From assembly GCF_009914755.1 (NCBI RefSeq), contig NC_060947.1: a stretch of 64,000 nt of DNA. One strand, 5' to 3'. Positions within the stretch are counted from its first letter, which is position 1. Each line of letters starts with the position of its first letter. The notes below the pieces were generated by a model. It searched no databases. It saw only the letters and a list, made by a program, of their open reading frames with translations, and was not told the DNA's origin. This stretch comes from the human T2T-CHM13v2.0 reference genome, Homo sapiens. The translations under genes were made by a program, and so were the position numbers. Positions 37,301-54,429 of the stretch are shown here, piece after piece.

Positions 37301-40069
37301 CAGCCTAGACAGGTCATCAAGACAGAAAGTCAACAAAGAAAGAATATAAACTATACCCTAAAACAAATGGACTTAACATATATGTACAGATCATTCCACC
37401 CAACAACTGAAGAATGTACATTCTTTTTTTCATCAGCACATAAAACGTTCTTCAAGATAGACCATGTGATAGGCCACAAAACAAGTCTCAATACATTCAA
37501 GAAAAATAAAATTATATCAAGTACTCTGTCAGACCACAGACCAGAGCAGAAGTGAATGAAATTGAAACAAAAAAATACCAAAAGATAAATGAAACAAAAA
37601 GTTAGTTCTTTGAATAAACAAAATTGATAGACCATTAACAAGATTAATCAATAAGAGAGAAAATCCAAATAAACTCAATTAGAAACAAAATGGGAGATAT
37701 TACAACTGCTACCACGGAAATAAAAAAGATAATTCAAGGCTACTATGAACACCTTTACACACACAAACTAGAAAAGTTAGAGGAAATGGATAAATTCCTG
37801 GAAATATACAGCTCTTCTAGATTAAAACAGAAAGCCATAGAAACTCTGAACAAATACAAAGCAGCAAGATTAAAATGGAAATTTAAAAATTGCCAACAAA
37901 AAAGTTCATAACCAGATGGATTCACACCTGAATTCTATCGGATATTCAAAGAAGAATTGTTACCAATCCTGTTGACACCATTCCAAAAGATAGAGAAAGA
38001 GGGAATTCTCACTTAATTATTCTATGAAGCCAGTATTATCCTAATACCAAAACCAGGAAAGGACATAACAAAAAAAAAGGAAACTACAGACCAATGTCCC
38101 TGATGAACACTGATGCAAAAATCCTCAACAAAATACTAGCTAACCAAATCCAACAGCATATCAAAAAGATAATATACCATGATCAAGTGGGTTTTATACC
38201 AGGAATACAGTAATGGTTTAACATACACAAGTCAATAAATGTGATACACCACATAAACAGAATTAAAAACAAAAATCCCACGATCATCTCAACAGATGCA
38301 GAAAAAGCATTTGACAAAATCCAGCATCTCTTTATGATTAAAACCCTCAGCAAAATCGGCATAGAAGGGACATATCTTATGGTAATAAAAGCCATCTATG
38401 AAAAACCCACAGCCGAAATTATACTGAATGGGGAAAAGTTGAAAGCATTGCCCCTGAGAACTGGAACAAGACAAGGATGCCCACTTTCACCACTTCTATT
38501 CAACATACTCCTGGAAGTCCTAGCCAGTACAATCAGACAAGAAAAAGAAATAAAGTGTATCCAAATTAGCAAGAAGAAACCAAACAGTTGCTGTTCATCA
38601 ATAATATGATCAAATACCTAGAAAACACTAAAGACTCATCCAAAAAAGCTCCTAGAACTGATCAATGAATTCAGTAAAGTTTCAAAATACAAAATCGATA
38701 TACACAAATCAGAAGCACTGCTATACACCTACAGCGACCCAGCTGAGAATCCAATTAAGAACTCAATCTCTTTTATAATAGCTGCAAAAATAGTAAAATA
38801 CTTGGGAATATACCTAACCGAAGAGGTGAAAGACCTCTACAAGGAAAAGTACAAAACACTGCTGAAAGAAACAATAGATGACACAAACAAATGGAAACAC
38901 TTCCCAATATCATGGATGGGTAGAATCAATATTGTGAAAATGACCATACTGCCAAAAGCAATCTACAAATTCAATGCAGTTCCCATCAAAATACCATTAC
39001 CATTCTCAGAACTAGAAAAAAAAATCCTGAAATTCATATAAAAAATGCCTGCATAGCCAAAGCAAGACTAAGCAAAAAGAACAAATCTGGAGGCATCACG
39101 TTACCTGACTTCAAACCATACTACAAGGTCCTCATCTCTCACCTTATACAAAAATCAACTCAAGATGGATCAAAGACTGAAATCTAAGACCTGAAACCCT
39201 AAAGATTCTAGAAAATAGCATCGGAAAAAGCTCTTCTAGCCATTGGCCTAGGCAAAGGCTTCATGACCAAGAACCCAAAACCAAATGCAACAGAAACAAA
39301 GATAAATAGATGGGACTTAATTAAACTCAAAAGCCTTTGCACAGCAAAAGAAATAATCAGCAGAGTTAACAGACAACCCGCAGAGTAGGAGAAAATCTTT
39401 GCAAACTATGCATCTGACAAAGGGCTAATATCCAGAATCTATGAGGAACTCAAACAAATCAGTAAGAGAAAAAACCAAACAGTCCTATCAAAATTGGGAT
39501 AAGGAAATGAATAGACACTTTCCAAAAGAAGACATACACATGGCCAACAAACATATGGAAAAACATATGAAAAAATGCTCAACATCACTAATGATGGGGA
39601 AATGCAAATCAAAACCACAATACGATGCCACCTTTTCCTACAAGAATGGCCATAATAAAAAAAATTAAAAAAAAAAGAGAGATGCTGGTGGAGATGTGGT
39701 GAAAAGGGAACACTTTTATACTGCTGGTGGGAATGTAAACTGGTACAATCAATATGGAAAACACTGTGGAGATTCCTTAAAGAACTAAAAGTAGATCTAT
39801 GATTTGATCCAACAATCCCACTTCTGGGTATCTACCCAAAGAAAAATAAGTCATTACACAAAAAAGATACATGCACATAGATGTTTATAGCAGCACAATT
39901 CACAATTGCAAAAATATGGAAGCAGCCCAAATGCCCACCAATCAACAAGTGGATGAAGAAATGCTGGTATATACATACCATAGAATACTACTCAGCCATA
40001 AAAAGGAATGAAATTATGGTACTTATACATGTAACCAAACATCACTTGTTCCCCAAGACCTATTGAAAT

Positions 40070-40070
<1 letters not shown>
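34337..40070 (+). mobile_element. Near-full-length L1PB (5' UTR, ORF1, ORF2, 3' UTR) with several internal deletions
   Basis: ORF1 piece MKERILRA...IRLTADLS...RILYP; endonuclease and RT pieces ([21 protein letters not shown]); 3' end catgtaaccaaacatcacttgttcccc. Confidence 0.9.

Positions 40071-40071
<1 letters not shown>

Positions 40072-40118
<47 letters not shown>
40072..40118. repeat. (CA)n(TA)n microsatellite at the L1 tail
   Basis: Direct reading. Confidence 0.9.
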
Positions 40119-40399
40119 GTCTTACACGTGTTCTTGCCAAAGAGACTTGCCACTCCAGAGGAGGCCCCTGATAACCTGGTAGGCAAGATGAGACTTTCCC
40201 CAGCTACATCAATATTTGTTCAATAAGCTTGTGTACAAAGTGGCCACAGTGGCATGGATGAAGGCTATGAATGGGCTCCATAACATGGCCTTCTGCTCAC
40301 CAGGCTTGACTTGGATACTGTCACTACAGGGTGACAAGCCTGTCAACAGAAGAGGCCAATGCTGATCTCCAACATGGTACCTCTCACTTGGAATGCTGA

Positions 40400-40852
40400 T
40401 GTGTCCAGAGTTCGTTCCTTCCGGTGGGTTCTTGGTCTTGCTGACTTCAAGAATGAAGCCACAGGTCTTCGTAGTGTGTGTTATAACTCTTAAAGGTGGC
40501 ACAGACCCAAACAGTGAGCAGCAGCAAGATTTACTGTGAAGAGCAAAAAAACAAAGCTTCCACAGCCTGGAAGGGGACCCGAGCAGGTTGCCAGTGTTTA
40601 TTCCCTTATTTGTCGCCACCCACGTCCTGCTGATTGGTCCATTTTACAGAGCTCTGATTGGTCCACTTTACAAACCTCTAGCTAGCCACAGAGCACTGAT
40701 TGGTGTGTTTTTACAGAGCACTGATTGGCGCATTTTACAAACCTCTAGCTAGCCACAGAGTGCTGATTGGTGCATTTTAAAATCCTCTTGTAAGACAGAA
40801 AAGTTCTCTGGGTCCCCACTCGATGCAGATGTCCAGCTGGCTTCGCCTCTCA
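40400..40852 (-). mobile_element. LTR12-family (ERV9) solo LTR
   Basis: gctgacttcaagaatgaagcc; five ctgattgg repeats; TSD CTGA at 40396-40399 and 40853-40856. Confidence 0.92.
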
Positions 40853-41229
40853 CTGAGCTAATCACCTCATGTCAGGTTTGTTCTGTACCATCATGAAGGA
40901 AGCAGAAATTCGTCTTTGTGGGAACAAATATTTTTCTGAGCACTGATTTGCCTTTCAAATCCACAGCACTTCTTCCACTCCTACCATTTATGGATTTAGG
41001 GAATATTTTATTCTCCACCTTGTTATCACCCACAACATTGCCTCTTTTGACCAGAGAATTAATTTTGCAGCAAAAGTGGAGTCATTGTATTTTTCCTGTG
41101 GAATTCACTAGTGTTAACATGTGTCCCCTCACTCAGAGGCCTAATAGAAGATGAGACGGCCTACTGGAGACTCAGTGATAATGCCAGCAGGGAGATAACA
41201 CTCTGCAAAATTGAGGTGCTGATCTATAG

Positions 41230-43569
<2,340 letters not shown>

Positions 43570-43773
43570 GCATTAGTCAAGATACGGTGATTTTCCATAG
43601 CCAGAATACACAGGTCTGGGAACCAAAGGGAATAAATAAAAATGACCTCAATCACTATTATACATTACATAAGTGTGCTTCCTCTCTCTCAAGCCTTCAG
43701 GTTAATGGGTTTGGAAGTGCCAGTACCCAAGGGAAGAATATTTCCACCAGAAAATAGTGGTAATGGTTCTCAT

Positions 43774-44405
43774 TGTCAGGAGATTAGCTGAGTTGGGAGA
43801 GCCAGCTGAGCTGCCAGGTGTCATTGTAGCCAATTAAAGTAACAAGTTACAAATGAGTTAAGCCTCTAATCACTTACTAAGATGGTATTAGCAAGAGTCT
43901 AAACCAGAGTGCCAACTCCTTATTTTATTTCCTCCTATGGAATGGCACACAAGTTGAGGGTCCAGTGGATCAGTGCAGATGTGGGAGTCATCTCACTATT
44001 GAAGGAGCCCTAAATAAAAGGCTCCAGTAGTTTTATGGGCCCTGGAATGGGGAATGGGAGAAAGAAGAGAGCTCAGAGTGAAAAAGTACTAGGTCCTGAG
44101 TCAGGGTGTGAAGTGTCTTCAAGGTTTTCCCCTCTTCCTCCTATAAGAAGGTCTCAGCAGAGATGCCTGAGAAAGGCCTCTGCCCAAGGCCTCAGATAGA
44201 GAGTCCGGGAGTTAAGCTGTCCAGGCTAGGAAAATAAATACGTAAAGATCATGACTGGCTAGAAGGATCTAAGGCCTTGACTTCAACTCTGTTTCTGTGC
44301 ACCAAGTCTACAGTGAACAGGGAAGATTTTTATCTGCCAAGTAAACTCTTTGTAATCACCTATGGTCAGGCCTGAAATATCACACGTAGGTTTTTAAGCA
44401 AGAGC
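43774..44405. mobile_element. Unassigned LTR-like insertion inside the ERVL relic
   Basis: Starts with tgtca; ERVL dUTPase-region sequence resumes at gaattagaagttgacactgcc; flanks ctcat / ctgat. Confidence 0.45.
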
Positions 44406-46759
44406 TGATGAATTAGAAGTTGACACTGCCTGCTGATCATTTCAGGTTCCCCAACATGCTGAACCAAGAGGTAGAGAAACAGATGACCATACTGGGTGGG
44501 GTGATTGATCCTGATTGCCAAGATAAAATTGAGTTACTGTTACACACTAGCAGCCAGGAGGACTGAAAATGGACCCAGGTGATTCACTGAGGTCCTTCTA
44601 GCATTCCCATTGTCAATAACAAAAGTTAATATAAGACTGAGGCAATTCAATAAGAGTGAACCATTAAGGACTTAGACCCCTGTAGGAATGAAGCTTTGGG
44701 TCATCATGCCATGTAAAAATCCTTGCAGATATCAGAGAGTAGAAAGAAGGTGGAATGGGTACGTAAACAAGGCAGATACGATTTATCAATAGAGGCCTGA
44801 TGATCAGCTACACAAAAGGGAACTATGGTAGCCATGTGTTTTGTATGAATTATTTCCCTCCCTTCATCCTGGTTCATTACAGGAAGAGTATCAGGTCCCC
44901 TTAATATTTCTAACTTCGTGAAGTGTGTTCTAGGCAGGAATATGAATAAAGATATATGAACTTGTGATACATTGGCTAATGGGTCTTTGTTTTGAGGATA
45001 GGAGTTTCTTCATCTAGGCAAAAGATGAGACTAGGTGCTTCAAGGCAAAGTGGGCATGTAGGGTTTATTTCCAATTTTCCCACACCAAAATCCATCATCC
45101 ACCCTTCTCTGTTCTTCTCTGTACCCCCATGAGACTGCCTCACCTAGACTCCCTAGCTTCTGGTTGAGTTTGGCCAATTCGAGCAACAGTAAAAGATAAG
45201 AGGGTGAGAGGAAAGAGGTTGGGATACTGACTCTCTCCTCACCTAGTCCCCACAGTGCCATGGATTTTCAGGGGCTGCTTTCCTTTACCCATGGCCCAAC
45301 AGGGTAGCCCCTGTTCTATGGGTTTAACTCTCACTGAGCTGTAGTAATGATGTTATTACTCTTACCCCTTTAGGGCTTAGAGATGTAACAGCTTCTCATT
45401 GTTGCTAGCCTCTGAGTGCCCCACTACTCAGGCATTGAAGAGTGTCAGTTCCCTTAACCTTCCCCATACTTTTATACATAGTTCCTTCATTAAATTCCTT
45501 TCAGTTAAACCTTTTTGCATATGCACTCTCTTTGCTCTAGAATTCTAGCAAATACACATGAGGATGAGGATTTCTGTGATGTGAGATTTTATGGAGAGAT
45601 AGGTTTATGGGAAGTTCTAAGATAAGGAAAGTAAAGTTGGAGAGGAATAGATGTCTAGAGAATAATGGCTAAAATCCCTCACAATGTTTCTTTTCTAAAC
45701 TTCAAAAAGAATGTCACTACTTAGCTTTTTTTCTGGACAGCCATAGGTTAGGCTGGGAATAGTGGCTGGAGAGTCCTAGAACTCTAGGCTTGCAAGCCCC
45801 TTTCTTGTTCATGGGTGGAAAAGTTGGAGTAACCTGACCCATCAGAGGGAGACTGTAATACTCTCTTTCTTTATTCTAGCCTCCAATATCTTTCGTGGGC
45901 TCATCCTTGTTTGCCTTTCTTTGATTATCTGATGAAAATCAATCTAAATTATTTTACTGACGTCATTGCTATTCCAGTTACAAGAAATTATCCAAGGAAG
46001 TTAAATCAGTAAATTTCGAAGGTGAAACTCCAAGTGCTCCTTACATTATAACTCTCTTACTGGGTACAAATTTCAGTTTTTGTGGTGGAAAAGAAACAAT
46101 GCTTAGTCCTAATGCCCCTTCCCAATAAACTAGTTATACAACTTTGGGAACATTTTCTAATGTATATGAGCTTCATATCGGACTTGTATACCTCTTGCGG
46201 TTATTATAGGCTAATGAATATAAATCTTAGATAGGCCAAAAGTGAAAATGCCAAATGCACCCTTAGACTCCTTCTTAGAGGGTGTCAGCTACCACCTACT
46301 GTATAGCCAGTTGTTATATGAAATATTCAGTAAATAAATTTATTGAGTACATGTTATATGCCTGGCACTGTGCAGAGCAAGTTATGCACATACCTCTCAA
46401 GAAATGAACAAGATATCCAAATGTGAACCCATTTTAAAATTCTTTTGGATGGATTGTTTTGAAGCAATTGCCAGATTCTTGGCCATATTCTTCCTCACTG
46501 GGACTCTTGGTCTCACTTTTACATTGAAAAGGCTTAACTACACTTCTAAGCTTATCACAGATGATAACTTATTCCCAGATAACTGGATCTATAATATACC
46601 TCCTCCAACATAAATTCATATCATTAAAAGGATTCCAGAAGATCTGATATATACATATCTAGATATGTATATATCATATATATATATACAGGTATATACA
46701 CCTATATATGTATACAGGTGCCCATTTCACGCACACACACATCTTTCCACTCAGCGATG

Positions 46760-47012
46760 ATTATTATGATTAAAATTTACTGATGACTTATCATGTGTTC
46801 AATGTCATTCATTATGCTAGGTGTAGTTTACACATTATTTCATTTAATCCATATAAGCAGCCTATGTAGTAAATTCTGATTCTCATATTTTGCAGATAAG
46901 ATGTAGTTTAAATGATTCACCCAAGGACACATAGATATAGTAAATGGTGGAGGTGGGATTTGAATTCAGTTTTGTCTGACTCCAAAAGGTGTCCCTGAAC
47001 ACCTTGCTCTAC
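46760..47012 (-). mobile_element. MIR SINE
   Basis: catttaatcc...ttttgcagataag...cccaaggacacatag...ggatttgaa. Confidence 0.75.
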
Positions 47013-47065
47013 TTCATTTAATAGATGTGGCTGTGTTCCTCATCATATGACCCTCATCCTTCACT

Positions 47066-47530
47066 GAGCTATGGTTTGGGTAAGGTTTGTTTATCCCTAC
47101 CAAAAGTTATGTTGAAATTTGATCTTCGGTATGGCGGTGTTGGGAGGTGGGGCCAAGTGGGAGGTGTCTGCATCATGGTGGCAGATCCCTCATGAATGGC
47201 TTAGTGCCATTCTCAAAGTAGCGATTAAGTTTTCACTCTGACAGGACAGAATTCGTTCTTGTGGCAATGGATTCGTTTCCTTGAAAGTGCACTGTATTAA
47301 AACTAAAATGCCCTTCAGGTTTTGCCTCCTCCCGTGTGTCCACTTCCTCTTTGACTTTCTCTGACATGTTATAATGTAGCACAAAAAGCCCTATCTAGAA
47401 ACCAAGCAGATGCCAGCACCTCACTTCTTGAACTTCTCAGTTGATAGAACCATGAGTTAAATAGACACGTTTTTTGTATAAACTACCCAATCTCAGGTGT
47501 TCTGTTATAGCAACACTAAACAGACTAATG
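47066..47530 (+). mobile_element. MST-type MaLR solo LTR
   Basis: gctatggtttgg...gcagatccctcatgaatggcttagtgcc...ctgttatagcaacactaaacagactaa. Confidence 0.85.
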
Positions 47531-48261
47531 CAGGGTATATGAAAAAATGCTCAACATCACTAATCATCAGAGAAATGCAAATCAAAATCACAATGAAATA
47601 TTATCTCTTTATCTCTCTCCTGTTAGAATGTTTTTTTATAAAAAGGCAGGCAATAATAGATGCTGGTGAGGATGTGGAGAAAAGGCAATCCTTGTACACT
47701 GTTGGTGGGAATGTAAATTAGTACAATCACTATGGAAAATTTTACAGAGGTTCCTAAAGATAAAAATGGAACTACCATATGATCCAGCAATCCCACTACT
47801 GGGTATATATCCAAAGGAAAAGAAATCAGTGTATCAGATATGTCTGTACTCCTGTGTTCATTGCAGCATTATTCACAATAGCTAAGACATGGAATTAGCC
47901 TGAGTGTCCATCAACAGATTAATGGATAAAGACAATGTGGTATATATACACAATGAAATAATATTTGGCCATAAGAAGAAAATTCTGTCATTCACAATAA
48001 TATGGAAGAACCTGGAGGACATCATGTTAAGTGAAATTAGGCACAGAAAGACACATACTGCATGATCTCACACATATGTGTAATCTAAATAAGTTGATCT
48101 CATAGAAATAGAGAGTAGAATGATGGTTACCAGAGGCTGTGCTGATTGGGAGGGATGGGGAGAGGTTGGTCAAAGGATACAAAATTACAGTTAGGTAGGA
48201 GAAATAAATTCAACAGATCTACTTTCAGCATGGTGACTATATTTAAAGATGATGTATTCTT

Positions 48262-49648
48262 TATTTTTTTAACTTTTATTTTAGATATGGGGGCAGATGA
48301 GCAGGTTTGTTAATGGCAGTGAGCATACTACCCAGTAGGTAATTTTTTCAACTCATGCCCCCCGCTCCCTAATTTCCTCCCAACTCCAGCAGCCTGCAGT
48401 ATCTATTGTTCCTATGCTTATGTCCAGGGGTGCTCAATGTCTAGCCCCCACTTGTACGTTAGAACATGCAGTATTCGATTGTCTAATTGTGCATTACTTT
48501 GCTTAAGATTATGTTGTCCAGCTGCGTCCATATTGCTACTAAGGACATGATTTCATTCTTTTATATGGCTGTGTAGTATTCCATTGTGTATATGTACCAC
48601 ATTTTCTTTATACAATCCACCATTGATGGGCACCTAGGTTGAATCCATGTTTTTGCTATCATGAATAGCACAGCAATGAACACATAAGTGCATGTGTCTT
48701 TTCAGTATAATGATCTATTTTCATTTGGGTGTATACCCAGTAATGGGATTGTTGAGTCGAATAGTAGCTCTGCTGTAAGCTATTTGAGAAATCTCCAAAT
48801 TGCTTTCCACAGTGGCTGAACCAATTTACATTTCTGCCAACAGTATATAAGTGTCCGCTTTCTCCACAGCTACACCAGCATCTATTTTTCTGACTTTTTA
48901 GCCATTCTGACTGGAGTGAGATGGTATCTCCTTGTGGTTTTGATTTGCATTTCTCTGATGATTATTGATATTGAGCACTTTTTTCATATGTTTTTTGGTC
49001 ACTTGTATGTCTTCTTTTAAGAAGTGTCTGTCCCTGTTCTTTGCCCATTTTTTTTTCATGATGTTATTTGATTTTGCTTGTTGATTTGTTTAAGTTTCTT
49101 ATAGATTCTGGATACTAGCCTGTTGTCAGATGCATAGTTTGTGAGTATTTTCTCCCATTCTGTAGGTCATCTGTTAACTCTGTTGATAGTTTCTTTTGCT
49201 GAGCAGAAGTTCCTTAGTTTAATTAGGTCCCACTTGTCAATTTTTGCTTCTGTTGTGATTGCTTTTTGGGACTTAGCCAAAAATTCTTTGCCAAGGCTGA
49301 TGTTGAGAAGAATATTTTCTAGGTTGTCTTCTGTGGTTTTTATAGTTTGAGGCATTACCTTTAAATCTTTAACCCATCTTCAGTTAATTTTGCATATGAT
49401 GAAAGGTAAAGGTCCAGTTTCATTCTTCTGCATATGGCTAGCCAGTTACCCAGCATCATTTTTTCAATAGCAAGTCCTTTCCCTATTGCTTGGTTTTGTT
49501 GGCCTTGTGGAAGAGCTGATGGTTGTAGGTGTGCATCTTTATTTCTGAGTTTTCTATTCTGTTCCATTTGTCTATGTGTCTGTTATTGTACTAGTACCAT
49601 GCTGTTGTGGTTACTGTAGCCTTATAGTGTATTTTGAAGCTGAGTAGT
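48262..49648 (-). mobile_element. Old L1PA 3' fragment (antisense)
   Basis: ttttttaacttttattttag...gggtgtatacccagtaatgggatt; tattctt on both sides. Confidence 0.85.
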
Positions 49649-49652
49649 TCTA

Positions 49653-50024
<372 letters not shown>

Positions 50025-50689
50025 TTAATTAACTAGATTTAACCATTCCACAATATATATATTTCAAAACATCATATTGTTCAAGAAAAATATCTGCACT
50101 GCGAAGTTTTTTACAGCACTATATTATCTATCAATTTACAAATAAATACATTTGAACATTCTACCTAAAAGTTCTACTCATCAAAGATTAATTTCTATGA
50201 AATGACTAAAACAGATACACATTTGTCACTTTTTCTCAAAAAGTTAAATTTGGTTTGTCATTCTCTGTGACCTGGGAAATGTTATAAAAATTGGATGAGC
50301 TAGCTCCAGCATTTTCACAGTTCTCAACTGTGAAAGCATAAATAAAAAAGAGTATTTTCTTCATGTATTGTTGAAATGAAGCATGTAAATGCAGAGAGAG
50401 TAAGCAAACTACTTCAAGACCCTTTCAAGCAACCAAAAAAGGACCCAAGTAGTCAATTCCATTCTAAGGAAAAGAGTGAGGCAGTTGCTAACCAGAGACC
50501 ACAGGCTGACCCAGAGCAGAGACTCCAATGCCTCTGGCTCTGCCAAAAGCAGCAGAGGTAGCACATTGGAAGAGAATATTCCACCTACATTGGAGTGCAG
50601 CAAATACAGTGACCTCACAGTGCCATTGTCATGCGTACCAACACACACTCACACCTTTTTACACCTGAACATAGATTTTCAGTAAATTC

Positions 50690-52345
50690 AACACTAAAAG
50701 TATGAAGGAAAGTTCAATGGATAAAGAATGGCCCAGAGACTTCAATTTCCCTTTATGACATACTAGATTATTCAAACAACCTTCCAACACTAAACAACAA
50801 AAGATTAATAACAAATATTTTTTAGCTTTTTGAAGATGTGATAACAGAGTAAAGAATTACAAGGTCAAAATCTAAAGGGAAAAAGAAATACACAAGTTTA
50901 TAAAGAGGTAAACTGAGACCACTTTTGCTAAAGGCATATGCCAGTCTTCTCTATTTTTAACTTGGGTTTTCTGAGGAGGCCAAAGGTCAAAACATAGGGC
51001 CCACCCAAAGTGGGAGACATCAGACAGAATAATCTTTTTACTTTAAACTTGGGTTTCAAAGGGCCGCCTCCTCAGTGTAAAGATGAACCATGTGTAAACC
51101 TACCACTTTACCCCCCAGATCACTGTAAAGAAAGTTGCCTTAGTACTAAGGGGGAATTCACCCTCAGAAGTAGTAATCATAAGCTAATATTAATAAAGAT
51201 TCAAAGCCCAACTGGCCAAAGTCTGCATGATCCCAAACACCAAAAGTCATGAATTGAAATTAAAATGGTTCCAGGCTACTAGTGACCCTGGTGCCTGGCA
51301 GAAGCAAATGCAATCCTACTCTTGAGAAAAGCTTCACTGCCATAGACATCAAACAATTTCTATAAATAATTTTTAAAGGACAAGAATTAGAACACAACTT
51401 AAAAAACTAAAGAAATAAGGAATAATGAGAATGATTAAATAGTAAAAGCAAACAGTAGAAACAGACCTGAAAGACATTAGATATTAGAATTATAGAACAA
51501 GACTATAAAACAGCTATATTTTATATGCCTAAAAGTGCAAGTTTGAAAATACATACAGGAAATAGGAAACCATAGAAAAGCAGATGTTTTAAAAGATAAA
51601 TAAGCTTTCTAAAAATAGACAAAATATGGAAAATAAAAAAAAAAGACTGTAAAAAACACAGAGGCTAGTGGAATAAGTGGGGGAGGGTTGGAAGAAAAAG
51701 AAAGAAAGGAAGGCAAGAAGGAGAGAAGGAAGGAGGAAGGAAAGAAGAAAGGAAGGAAGAATATTGAAATAAATGAGAAGATGTACTATGTTCACAGAAT
51801 AGAAGACTCTCATTGTAATATATTAATTTTCTCAAAGCCAATCTATAGATTATGAGAGGATTTGGTATATTGGATATCAACACTTATTATAAAACTACAG
51901 TAATTGAGACAGCATAGCATGAATACACAGAGAAATAAATAGACAAGGTGATCAGAATAGAAAGCCTAGAAATAGACCCACACACATATGGATTCTTTTT
52001 TATGTAAAGGTGACATTATACAGCACTGGAGAAAGAATAGCCTTTCCAATAAATGACATTGAATCAATAGGATGTATATCTGCAAAAAAGATGAAATTGG
52101 GCCTGTTCCTCATTTTATACATGAAAATAAATTAATTGTATCTTGTAGAGCTAAATATGAATGACAAAACCCTAAACTTTTAGAAATTAATATAGGAGAG
52201 TATATTTATAACCTGAAGATAGAAACAAAATTTTAAATAGGACACTAAAATCAATAAGCAATAAAGGAAAATATTATTAAGTTGGAGTACATTAAATAAA
52301 TAATTTTTATCCAAAGACTTCATTAAAAGAGAGAAAAGGCAAGCA
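50690..52345 (+). mobile_element. Very old L1M fragments, with a purine-rich simple repeat at 51690-51760
   Basis: cctggcagaagcaaatgcaa; agaatagaaagcctagaaatagacccacac. Confidence 0.65.
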
Positions 52346-52399
52346 ATGCTTTCTTCTTTGCTTTTTATACTTCACTATGCATGTAGTAGAGTGTTTATT

Positions 52400-52830
52400 A
52401 AAAATATAAATCAGATCCCATCACTCCTCACTTACAGCCTTCCAAACTTCTTACGCTAGCCAGCACTTTGTCTAGTATCACTCTCCCTTGTCCATTATAA
52501 TTCAGCTACACTCCAAATTCCTTTCCTGTCTCTGGAACTTCACACATACTATCTTTCTTCTACTCCTCAAATCCTTCTTTCCTTCAAATTCTTCAGGTAT
52601 CAGCCTAAATGTCTCCTCCTTAAAAAAACTTTGTTTGACCAACTATTATGAAGTCTATTTCTACATTATTGTATCTTAGAACAACCTTGCTTTTTCTTTC
52701 ATAGTACTTATAATGTATTTTCATTATATTAATCAGATATTTTACTTGTCCACTGAATTTCTGCCCTATTAGACCTAGATTCCAAAAATGTGTTGAACAT
52801 GAATGGATAGATGGATGGATGACTGAACAA
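52400..52830 (+). mobile_element. L2 3' end
   Basis: aaatcagatcccatcactcct; cagcctaaatgtctcctcct; tgttgaacatgaatggat. Confidence 0.6.
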
Positions 52831-53405
52831 TTCAGAATTTGCTTTTTACATTTGGTGAAAAGTCTCCATTTCCAGACTCCAAATCCAATAATTTTATTTC
52901 ACCAAGTATCTTTTCTGGTAGGCAAAGGTTTAGTAATTTTTCTGTCCACTCACTGATTCAATCATACATTCAACAAGCGTTTTAGAAGAGGCTATTTGGG
53001 TAAGTGGATGGTGGTTAAGCCATTGAATGACCACATTTATGAATGAAAAGAGAAACACAAGGGTATGGTGAGATTCTTATACACTTTAAGGACCCATAGA
53101 AATATGATTTGAGGGAGAAGTTTTCTGTATTTCAGTTGTGACTTTCTTTGCAGTTGTAATAGTGAGATAGTAACATGCTGTGTAATGTCAACTACCTTTT
53201 GTTCCAAAATTTGCAAATGAGTCATCAGTTATTTCTGTCAAGTTTTCTCAAGTATCATATAACAGCTGTATTTTGGAAATTACATTGTTTACTGAGTTAA
53301 CTATTATATCTTGTGGTTGTCTGAAAGCGTGAACAATTTTGGCAGCATCTTCCAAATATACTACCTCTTTAGTAGGCATAGGAAACAATTAAGAGAAATT
53401 AAAAT

Positions 53406-53970
53406 GTCTGGTGGTTATAAAACATGGCTGCAAATTATTTGACACTCTTCTCATTGAGTGATGGAGTCCATGTCCCCTCCGTTTGATTCTGAGTGGGCTG
53501 TGACTTCTTTGATAATTAGAATATGTCAGAAGTGACATTGTGTGACTTCCAAGACCAGTTTATGAAAGGCTAGACCAATCCTTCCTAGTTCTCTTGGAAC
53601 ATTTACTCTCTTTGAAAGCATCATCTCAGGATGCTCTCTTTCAGAAGACAGCTGTCATATTGTAAGAGGCCCCAGTCATATGGCAGGCTACATGTAGGTA
53701 CTCTGGTCAACAATTTCGGCTGAGTCCAGCCTTCAAGACATCATAGCCTAGGCATTAGATAAATGAGGGAAGAACCCTCCAAGTCATTCCAGTCTTCAGC
53801 TATTCAAATTATCCCGGTCATATGTGTTCCCAGCTGAGGCCCCACAACACATGGAACAATCCCCACAGTGTTCTGTCCAAATTCTTGACTCAAGAATCCT
53901 TGAGTATAATAAATCAATGGTTGTTGGTTTTGACACTAAATTCAGAGTGTTGTGTAGCAATAATAATTGA
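53406..53970 (+). mobile_element. MLT1-type MaLR LTR
   Basis: atggctgcaaattatttgacactc; cagaagtgacattgtgtgacttccaag. Confidence 0.75.
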
Positions 53971-54429
53971 AAAAAGGTGATGAAATGAAAATTTTGGCTG
54001 AAGCACTGAAAAGTGGCAACATCTTAAATATGGAATTTTAAAAGATAAATAAATAAATAAATGCATTGTAAAAAGATTACAAAGCAGGGTGGGAATGATA
54101 GTTTGGAGGCAATAGTCTCATCTTTCAAGGATAAATTATTGGACAATGTCCCTGGGTTATAGGATTGTTCATATTTGATCCATAATTTAGGAAGGATCAA
54201 ACACTCTATTAGTTTAATTATTTAAAGGTTAGTGTTCTCACATCCTCAGGCATCTCTAACATAGTAATCAGTATAGAAGTAAAAAAAATGTAGCCATAAA
54301 CAACAACAAAAACAACAAATAAAATAGATTGGTGGATAAATAGAAGAATGAATAGATAGGTAGATACAGCAAGCATGGTGATAAAATAAGTGTAGTAAAA
54401 GGTTAATTGTAGAATATGGGCATATGGAG

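Noticed and set aside
40625-40790. Spaced repeats resembling a CRISPR-like array
   Set aside because: Normal LTR12 CCAAT tandem units in eukaryotic DNA; no unique spacers
46640-46742. Palindromic AT-rich stretch
   Set aside because: Degenerate (TA)n/(CA)n low-complexity sequence
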